DNA from: a virus
Virus record (IMG/VR): IMGVR_UViG_3300027804_003127
Strand: one strand, 5' to 3'
Length of the DNA: 64,000 bases
Each line of letters opens with the position of its first letter. Position 1 is the first letter of the stretch. Position numbers and translations under genes: made by a program. This document shows, piece after piece, positions 57,017 through 64,000 of this stretch. The notes beneath the pieces were generated by a model. The model was given only the letters and a program-made list of their open reading frames with translations, did no database searches and was not told the origin of the DNA.

Positions 57017-59713
57017 ATGTTTAATTTGACTAAATTGGCTCAATCATTGAAGGAGATGACACCTGATCAACTTATAGCAAGAGCAAATGCTATAAAAGAT
57101 TTTAATACCCCAGAGGGTAAGGCGCTCATTGATGAAATATCGTTAAGGTCTTCTAAAGATAGAAAACTGTCTAATTTTTTATTTAATACATTAGCTGATA
57201 GGCTTGCTGCTCCTGCAACTGAAACTGAAGAGCAAGAGTATCGAGATAGAATGTCTTCTGATGCATCTGGTGCGCGCAATCAGATTATGCAATTAATGAA
57301 TGAAATAAATTTAGTTTCGTATAATTTATTAAATAAAGTAGTTGGTCAATTTCAGACTCTTCCACCACAGATTAGGGCGTGCCGCTCTAGATTTATAAAC
57401 AGGTTTACATCTAAATATAATTTCGATGAAAATGCTTTTGGTGGTAAAAAGACTTATGGTCAATGGTTTTCTGACAGACTAGCGGATACTCGTTTAAGGG
57501 AAAATTTATTTAACAAATATGATTTTATTAGTCCTAGTTCACAAATTCTGAGATACTATGCTGAATTAGATTTTTACAGTAAAGGTGAGTATTTAAAAGG
57601 TAATCTTGGAGAAGATGTGTCAAAAGTTGTTTCAGAATATTATTTGCCACATATTTCTGGTCTAGACCCTGATAATTCTGATCCTCAACTTTTTAGAAAT
57701 CGTATAAATGCACGCAAATACGAACATTCTGCCTTGCAATACAGGCATATGCCTTTGCATGCTCACGAAATTGATGGTGAATTTCTTATAATAAAGGTAA
57801 TGAAACATTTTTTAGAAAGCTTAAAAGCAGAAAAGCAAGAGGCTGTTTGTTTTGCTTTAGATAAGTTTGCTTATAATATTAATTATGATGTTAAGGTTCG
57901 TGAATATCAGGAAAAGCATTTTCAAAATTCAGAAAGTGATACTGGATTTGGCGCTACAAAAGCTAATTTAAACTATTTAAAAAGCAATTCATTCAGATAT
58001 GTATTAGCTCCTAATTCTATTGGAATAGCTATGGCGGAGCTCGATAGGTTAGAGGCAGAAGAATACAAGAGCATAGATAAACTTAATTCTAAATTACCAG
58101 ACGGAGATTCTCCAGCTAAAAAATACATTGAAAAAATTAAAACTGAGTTAAGTGAATGTATAATGGAAGCGCGTCATTGGTTTCAGAATATACAGAAATG
58201 GCATGAGCTTCAAAGTAGCTCCTATATTGAATCAAATAACTCTATCAATTTTTTAGAAATAGCACTTAATCATAGAGCTACTTCTACTGGCGTTCATGGT
58301 CAAGGAGGAGTTGATGGTTCTGTTCAAAAAGGCACTTGGTCGCCAATTAAATTTAGCAAAGACAGCATAGAGGTAAGGGTTTACTTTCAAGCTACAGGAC
58401 AAATTGTAAATAAATTTTACGAATATATGTCAGATGATGATTACAATCATCCTATGGAATATAAGTTAGAAGATAAAGTTGAAATATATCCTGTTTCGAT
58501 CAAAGCAAAAGTTCCCCAATCATTATCTATTACATGCATAGAATGTGACCCATCTTTTAATCCAGAAGCAAGAAAAGAAAGTCTAATGGTTAGTCAAGCT
58601 GACTCTGTACTAAGTCAAATTGAATCTACTGATAAATATTCTAAATTGAGAGACTTGGGACAAATTTTGAAAGCAGGTAAAATACCGTATTTTGGATTGA
58701 AATCTATTCCATCTTTATCTGATGAAGAAGCCGCAAATCTAAAAGATCAAATAATAGAATTATTTAGTAAAAATCCTGATTATATTTTTGATATAATTAA
58801 ATCTTTTAAAGAACAAAAGGTTAAGATGCCTCAAATCCCTTCATCTTATTCTTTTGAAGATAGATCTTGGTCTGGTCAGGAAACAGAGGGAGCATTTAGG
58901 GAGTTAGCTATAGTTAGGTCAATACTTCATGATATTGAGATTAGATATAAATATGCAGTTAGGCATATTAGTAAAGATATAGGTTTAACTGAGGAAGCTT
59001 TTGAGTGCTACGACACAATAGGCTCTATTGCTATAAGCTCTAAAATATCTGAGCTAGATAAGTCTATAAATTATTTGAATAAATCCGATCCTAATAATGA
59101 TAAGATATCTGAAGTTAAAAAGATGAAAGAAAAATTTGTAGAGCTTAAAAAATTTATGGATTCCATATTCTCTAATTATCAAAAGACTGGTTGGATGTCT
59201 GCTGGAATGTCTTCTCCAGATGATATTTATGTTGATCCTACTTGGCTTGTTTTAGCCATTCAAAAAGATAAAGCCTCCAAAGTTTTTGTTGATCCTGCAG
59301 AAATAGAAAATATCATAGAAGGTCACTTAAGAAATTTAAACAATAATGAAATTTTTGATTTAGGAGCACTTCTAAAAATTATTAATCTTGCTTCTCTCCA
59401 GAAAGGCAAGGTACAATTAAATGAAGCAGGAAAGATGATAGGAGATGCGGTCAAAAATGCTAAAACACTAGGGGTTTTGTCAAATGAAGAGGCGTCTTAT
59501 ATAAGCAATATTTTTCCCTCGTTTAAAGCAGGTTCTGATGGAGATTCATATATGATTGCATCTGGTATGGACAAAACATCTTATATAAATTCTGCACAAG
59601 GCATAAATAAATACTCATATAATTTAAGTGATTTTTCACAAGAGCCATCTATGAATTATTCAATAAACGATTGGATCAAGTTTGTTGCAAGAAGGGCATA
59701 CATTGGAAAGTAA
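57017..59713 (+). CDS. Large hypothetical protein with MFNLTKLAQ leader (putative internal virion protein)
   Basis: GAGGT RBS; 898-aa ORF; leader shared with head-region proteins. Confidence 0.7.
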   Translation: MFNLTKLAQSLKEMTPDQLIARANAIKDFNTPEGKALIDEISLRSSKDRKLSNFLFNTLADRLAAPATETEEQEYRDRMSSDASGARNQIMQLMNEINLVSYNLLNKVVGQFQTLPPQIRACRSRFINRFTSKYNFDENAFGGKKTYGQWFSDRLADTRLRENLFNKYDFISPSSQILRYYAELDFYSKGEYLKGNLGEDVSKVVSEYYLPHISGLDPDNSDPQLFRNRINARKYEHSALQYRHMPLHAHEIDGEFLIIKVMKHFLESLKAEKQEAVCFALDKFAYNINYDVKVREYQEKHFQNSESDTGFGATKANLNYLKSNSFRYVLAPNSIGIAMAELDRLEAEEYKSIDKLNSKLPDGDSPAKKYIEKIKTELSECIMEARHWFQNIQKWHELQSSSYIESNNSINFLEIALNHRATSTGVHGQGGVDGSVQKGTWSPIKFSKDSIEVRVYFQATGQIVNKFYEYMSDDDYNHPMEYKLEDKVEIYPVSIKAKVPQSLSITCIECDPSFNPEARKESLMVSQADSVLSQIESTDKYSKLRDLGQILKAGKIPYFGLKSIPSLSDEEAANLKDQIIELFSKNPDYIFDIIKSFKEQKVKMPQIPSSYSFEDRSWSGQETEGAFRELAIVRSILHDIEIRYKYAVRHISKDIGLTEEAFECYDTIGSIAISSKISELDKSINYLNKSDPNNDKISEVKKMKEKFVELKKFMDSIFSNYQKTGWMSAGMSSPDDIYVDPTWLVLAIQKDKASKVFVDPAEIENIIEGHLRNLNNNEIFDLGALLKIINLASLQKGKVQLNEAGKMIGDAVKNAKTLGVLSNEEASYISNIFPSFKAGSDGDSYMIASGMDKTSYINSAQGINKYSYNLSDFSQEPSMNYSINDWIKFVARRAYIGK

Positions 59714-59897
59714 TAGTAGAAATGTTCTATGTGTTTGTGAGCATTGTGGAAAATCTTCATCTGATGATTCTAGAATAGAAATAAATTTCTTAGAAAAGAG
59801 TATTTATTGGTATTGCAAAGAGTGTAAAAAAATGAATAAACTAATAATAGATAATAATAAAAATACACCACCACTACCTAAAATGAGATTGATGTAA
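59682..59897 (+). CDS. Small zinc-ribbon protein
   Basis: CEHC...CKEC; start uncertain. Confidence 0.6.
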   Translation: MLQEGHTLESNSRNVLCVCEHCGKSSSDDSRIEINFLEKSIYWYCKECKKMNKLIIDNNKNTPPLPKMRLM

Positions 59898-60478
59898 TGT
59901 ATACTATAGTTAATACTTCAGGAAGACATTTAAGTTTAAAAGACTTAAGGATAATGCTTTCGCCAAGAGAAAGGTTAGATTTAGACTCTGTATGCGAAAG
60001 AAGAGATATAGAAAGTAGCGTATATCTAAAAGAAGCCCTTAAAAAGGGTTATATAAAAGTTGTAGTCAAAGATAATAATGCTTTTTCATATACAAATTCT
60101 GGCATGATAGATACAGTTACTAAAGATGATTTGGAAAAAATAAAATTAGATCTAGCTGAAGTTATAAAATCTTCTCTTAAAGATGTTAAAAAAAGCAATT
60201 CTGAAAACGTTAAAGTAGATTTAACTGACATTAAAACAGAGATAGTAGAGGTAATAAGAGAAGTAATAAATAATTCTAATTTATCAAGGTCAAATGATTC
60301 AGAAAAGCAAGCTTTTGATTTTGAGGACTTGCTATCAGATCAAGTTCTAAGCGAAATACATAAAAAAGCCGTTAATAGAATGATGGAAACAGCTGAAGGT
60401 AAAGTTAAGCATGATGATCAAAAAAGTGTTAAGATGGATTTGTCTAAGAAGGTTGATGAATTAGAAGGTCTTTTATAA
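59897..60478 (+). CDS. Hypothetical protein (small N-terminal module plus coiled coil)
   Basis: ORF directly upstream of the actin-like gene. Confidence 0.6.
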   Translation: MYTIVNTSGRHLSLKDLRIMLSPRERLDLDSVCERRDIESSVYLKEALKKGYIKVVVKDNNAFSYTNSGMIDTVTKDDLEKIKLDLAEVIKSSLKDVKKSNSENVKVDLTDIKTEIVEVIREVINNSNLSRSNDSEKQAFDFEDLLSDQVLSEIHKKAVNRMMETAEGKVKHDDQKSVKMDLSKKVDELEGLL

Positions 60479-60488
60479 AGGAGAAAAT

Positions 60489-61544
60489 ATGGGTATAGCA
60501 GCAGGATACGATGTTGGAACTATGTTTTGTCAAATGGCCAAACAAAATGAAGACGGCACTACTGCTATGTCTAATGTTAGAAATGCTTTTGTAGAGGTTC
60601 CAGAATCAGAAGATGTTGAGGAAATTCTTTCCAGAAATGGCTGGCAGTGGGTTCGTGATGGCAAAAGTGTATTTGTAGTTGGTGAAGACAGCATGCAGGT
60701 TGCAAAATTATTTCCAGGAAAAGTTGAAATAAGAAGACCTCTTCAAGATGGTGTTCTAAATAAAAATGAGGAAAAAAAGAATGTAGTTTTGGCAAGTATA
60801 ATAGAAAGTCAACTTGGCAAAGCTCCCTCAGATAATTCTGTTGTTTCTATATGTATATCATCGCCATGTGTAGATGGAAGTTCTGATAGTACATTTCATG
60901 CGGCGAGACTTAAAGGCATGTTTATTAGGCTAGGATGGAATGTTAAGGTCATAGAAGAGGCATTGGCTGTTGTCTTAAGTGAGCGTCCCTGTGTGACCGA
61001 CGATGATGGATCTGAAGTGCCTTATTCTGGAATAGGTATTAGTTTTGGTGCTGGTAGAGCAAATTGCATGCTAGCATTTAAGGGCATGCCCATTTTGGGA
61101 ATGAGCGTGAGCAGATCTGGAGATTGGATTGACAAAATGGTCAGTGAGCAGACTGGTGCCCCATTGGCTCAAATCGTAGATGTAAAAGAGAAAAAACTAG
61201 ACTTCAATAAGGTTGATGTTGATAATGATATAATATTTGCCTTAGATGCTTATTATGATGCTATGCTAAAATATGTTTTTACTTTATTTGGTAAAAAATT
61301 TAAAGAAGTAAAAAGTGAGTTTAATAAGCCTCTTGATATAGTTTTAGCTGGTGGGACTAGCATGCCTTTAGGTTTTGAAAAGAAAGTTGAAAAAATAGTG
61401 AGTGAATTAGAATTGCCATTCAAAATTAATAAAGTTATTAAAAGTAAAGATCCAAGGCACGCAGTTGTAAAAGGGTTATTAACTCAAGCAGAAATAGTAA
61501 AAAGAAAGCTAGATAAAGGTCAAATTACTAAGGAGAGTATTTAA
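60489..61544 (+). CDS. Actin-like ATPase (ParM/MreB/FtsA superfamily)
   Basis: Phosphate-1 GYDVGT, RRPLQDGVL, connect IEEALAVV, phosphate-2 GISFGAG, SGDWID, adenosine VLAGGTS..GF, DP.HAV.KG. Confidence 0.85.
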   Translation: MGIAAGYDVGTMFCQMAKQNEDGTTAMSNVRNAFVEVPESEDVEEILSRNGWQWVRDGKSVFVVGEDSMQVAKLFPGKVEIRRPLQDGVLNKNEEKKNVVLASIIESQLGKAPSDNSVVSICISSPCVDGSSDSTFHAARLKGMFIRLGWNVKVIEEALAVVLSERPCVTDDDGSEVPYSGIGISFGAGRANCMLAFKGMPILGMSVSRSGDWIDKMVSEQTGAPLAQIVDVKEKKLDFNKVDVDNDIIFALDAYYDAMLKYVFTLFGKKFKEVKSEFNKPLDIVLAGGTSMPLGFEKKVEKIVSELELPFKINKVIKSKDPRHAVVKGLLTQAEIVKRKLDKGQITKESI

Positions 61545-62269
61545 TGGGTTATGCATCTCCGTCACTAGTAGAGAGAGTTTTCACTCAGTCGTTGACCTCT
61601 GCCACTCAGCCTAGTCTTTCTGGAAAAGGTAATTTAATAAATTTCGGAAACACATTAGATAAAAATTTGATAACAGATGAAATAATGAATCAGCATATAA
61701 ATATGGCTGATACATTTATAAATAGTACTTTGAGTGTTCTTTATAAAACGCCTTTAAAAGAGGTTGCAGACCTTGAATGTAAAATGACTGTAGATGTAGA
61801 TGCTTATAATGGAGAGCTTTATCTGGTATCTCCTCAAGCAAATGTTTTTGTTGCAGGCGATGTGGTCGTAATTATTGATGGAGTATTTGAAGAAAAGCAT
61901 GTAGTTGAATCTGTTGCAAACGACAATATGCTTATGCTTGAAGAAAATTTAAGTGGATATTATAGTGCCCAGACTTCCAGAATATTAAGAGTGAGATTTC
62001 CAGACCCTATTCCTAATACTAGTGCTAGACTTGCTGCTGCTAGTATATACGAAAGATATTTTGCATCACAAAGTTCAGTTCAAACTTCTGAATTTGCAAA
62101 AACTCTTAGAAATCAGGCAAAAATAGATATTAACAATATACTTAATGGAAGAACGGTTCTTCATGGGCAGCATAGAATAGGTGATCGCTTTGTTAATTCT
62201 AATTTGAAAGACAGATATGGATTGCGTAATGTTGAAGGAGATTCTTCGAGAGATATAGGTGATTTATAA
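61544..62269 (+). CDS. Head-tail adaptor (Mu gp36/DUF1320-like) with inserted beta domain
   Basis: MGYAS..., I..AD..INS.L...Y..PL, PDPI...SARLAA..IY. Confidence 0.65.
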   Translation: MGYASPSLVERVFTQSLTSATQPSLSGKGNLINFGNTLDKNLITDEIMNQHINMADTFINSTLSVLYKTPLKEVADLECKMTVDVDAYNGELYLVSPQANVFVAGDVVVIIDGVFEEKHVVESVANDNMLMLEENLSGYYSAQTSRILRVRFPDPIPNTSARLAAASIYERYFASQSSVQTSEFAKTLRNQAKIDINNILNGRTVLHGQHRIGDRFVNSNLKDRYGLRNVEGDSSRDIGDL

Positions 62270-62555
62270 TATGGATGATGATAAGTTAAATGAAGCTATA
62301 AGAGCTATGTTTAAAAACGTAAGTGAATCAACTGGCAATAAGAGTATGATGAGTATGTCTTCTAATTTATTCTCATCTAGAGAAGATGCTGTCAAAATGT
62401 CTCCTTTTTCTAAAGAATACGTGGCAGGAGAGGGAGTCTTAGAGTCAACTAAAGAAAAAATTCTTTTAGATCATCCAGACGCACTTAGAAATTTAGAAGA
62501 TTTAATAGTAAGTAATATTGATAGAAAAATAAATAAAATTATAGAGAATTTATAA
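62259..62555 (+). CDS. Hypothetical protein (neck region)
   Basis: ORF in operon. Confidence 0.5.
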   Translation: MIYNMDDDKLNEAIRAMFKNVSESTGNKSMMSMSSNLFSSREDAVKMSPFSKEYVAGEGVLESTKEKILLDHPDALRNLEDLIVSNIDRKINKIIENL

Positions 62556-63454
62556 TGGAAGAAGTATTAGACAGTTTAAGAAAAATAATTAATAGATGGG
62601 TTAACACCGAAGCTTTATTAACGGAAGATGTAGAGATAGGTGATTCTATTATAAAAGTGAAGAACGCTCTTAGGTTTAGAGAGGGCGATGAAGTCATGTT
62701 AACTAATGGAAGTCAGTATGAGCATCCTTTATATGTTAATCATATTACAGATGAAACAACTATTGAACTGGTTTCTCCAGCTCAGTATGCATGGAGCGTA
62801 CATGGCGGTGGCAAGTTAAAGAAGTCTATTGCTGGCAAATTGGTTCAAGGAGTCTATTTAGGAGATCCGAACACTATACCTAGATTTCCAGCGGTAACTG
62901 TGGTAGGAGATTCTAAAAATTCTCAATGGAACACCTTGGAAAGCACAAATGAGACATATGAAGTTAGTATATCTTGTTATGTAGAAGATAGTACTTTAGA
63001 AGATGGATATCGCGCTTTGATGAAATTGACTAATATAATAGAGATAGGTTTAAAAAGAAACATGTTTCCTTTAGTAGGAGAAAAGTCTCACGCAGATTTG
63101 ATCCAGCCTATTTCTAGTGGAGATATATTTTTAAAAGTTAACAGCACCGAAAAGATAAAAGCAGGTCAAATGCTTGTTCTTGAGGATCAGTTTTCAGCTG
63201 AAAATGTTGTGGTAAAAAGCATACTAGATGAGACTACGTTAGAGTTACGTCAAGCTGCATATTATAATTACGCTTTAGCAAATGATCCTAGAGCTATAGT
63301 TGTTTCTAGATACTTATATAAATGTTGGCCTAAAAGTATAAGTTATGGTTTTGTTCATAAAGATACTCTTCTTAAAGCAAGTAAAATAAGTTGGACTGGA
63401 GAAGAAATACAAATGCATGGCCCAATTGGATGGTGGGATACGCCGAGAAATTAA
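62555..63454 (+). CDS. Probable tail terminator / completion protein with two inserted beta domains
   Basis: VYLGDP..IP.FPAVTV.......W......Y.V.I..YV core. Confidence 0.55.
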   Translation: MEEVLDSLRKIINRWVNTEALLTEDVEIGDSIIKVKNALRFREGDEVMLTNGSQYEHPLYVNHITDETTIELVSPAQYAWSVHGGGKLKKSIAGKLVQGVYLGDPNTIPRFPAVTVVGDSKNSQWNTLESTNETYEVSISCYVEDSTLEDGYRALMKLTNIIEIGLKRNMFPLVGEKSHADLIQPISSGDIFLKVNSTEKIKAGQMLVLEDQFSAENVVVKSILDETTLELRQAAYYNYALANDPRAIVVSRYLYKCWPKSISYGFVHKDTLLKASKISWTGEEIQMHGPIGWWDTPRN

Positions 63455-63456
63455 TT

Positions 63457-64000
63457 ATGAAAATACTAATTATCGGTCCATCTCCTTATATGCAGCACGA
63501 CCCAGGTTTAACTGTAAAAGAATTCATTGAAAATTATCATGATCAATACGATATGTCTGGTTGTTTTTATCATCACGATTTTGATAAAATACCTATTAAA
63601 TATGATGAAGACTTCTCAATTGCATCTAGTAAGTCTATAAGAGCCAATTGGGTTAATCCATTGGAAAAAGATGGAGCTGTTATTCTTTTATATGAACTAT
63701 TGTTGGCTAATCAATATGATTTAATACTGAGTTTTGGTTCTTTTAGTGAGATGGATTTCATAAGGGCTTCTATAGGAACCAGTTCTTCGATATGCCCTTG
63801 GATCCATGTATTAACAGTATCTAATGGTATACATGATTTAAAAATGATTGATTCAATGAATGGTCCAGATTTTATATTCAGTTATTCTCAATACCAAATT
63901 GATACAATCAACAAAGTTGCAGGAGTTTCGCTAGGTAAGATGGGGATTTTAGATAGGTCATTTACTTATAGTAAGGTTGATAAATATAAAAAAGAAGGAA
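63457..64000 (+). CDS. Partial glycosyltransferase-like protein (runs off window)
   Basis: ATG 63457, MKILIIGPSPY (GT-B-type N-terminus); open to the window end. Confidence 0.5.
   Translation, partial: MKILIIGPSPYMQHDPGLTVKEFIENYHDQYDMSGCFYHHDFDKIPIKYDEDFSIASSKSIRANWVNPLEKDGAVILLYELLLANQYDLILSFGSFSEMDFIRASIGTSSSICPWIHVLTVSNGIHDLKMIDSMNGPDFIFSYSQYQIDTINKVAGVSLGKMGILDRSFTYSKVDKYKKEG

Noticed and set aside
1-64000. Stop-codon reassignment, as seen in some jumbo phages
   Set aside because: The standard code gives dense, tightly abutting full-length genes, and TAA, TGA and TAG all end genes at sensible positions.

Overview
AT-rich, densely coding, almost entirely + strand segment of a large (jumbo-type) tailed dsDNA bacteriophage genome, read with the standard genetic code. 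It covers most of a virion morphogenesis region. (i) 1-3.6 kb: minus-strand K-x-A-motif proteins and an ABC/AAA ATPase, followed by a ~500-nt GC-enriched, hairpin-dense non-coding tract. (ii) 4.1-17.4 kb: modular tail-fibre/adhesin genes ending in a 21-repeat RCC1/BLIP-II beta-propeller protein. (iii) 17.4-24.9 kb: a glycan-modification cassette (sulfotransferase-TPR-GT9 fusion, FkbM methyltransferase, split HldE kinase and nucleotidyltransferase, HldD epimerase, cupin, HAD-methyltransferase fusion, glycosyltransferase). (iv) 25.3-46.5 kb: head module, with an intein-containing terminase, about a dozen putative internal head proteins, a portal with a C-terminal DUF559-like nuclease domain, a 1916-aa protease/scaffold polyprotein, a decoration protein and the major capsid protein. 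(v) 46.5-64 kb: M43 metalloprotease, LamG protein, CCA-adding enzyme, glycosyltransferases, subtilase, PhoH, an actin-like ATPase and neck proteins. The most striking unannotated signals are: a K-x-A-(S/Q) motif (with FNLxK / MNWYK leaders) shared by the protease polyprotein, the portal and many otherwise unrelated proteins, suggesting a protease-based capsid cargo loading and processing system that may include a CCA-adding enzyme; an apparent -1 frameshift (A_AAA_AAG) adding a zinc ribbon just upstream of the portal; a possible ADP-heptose-dependent virion glycosylation system; and the structured non-coding tract. All product calls come from recognising motifs by eye; no database searches were run.
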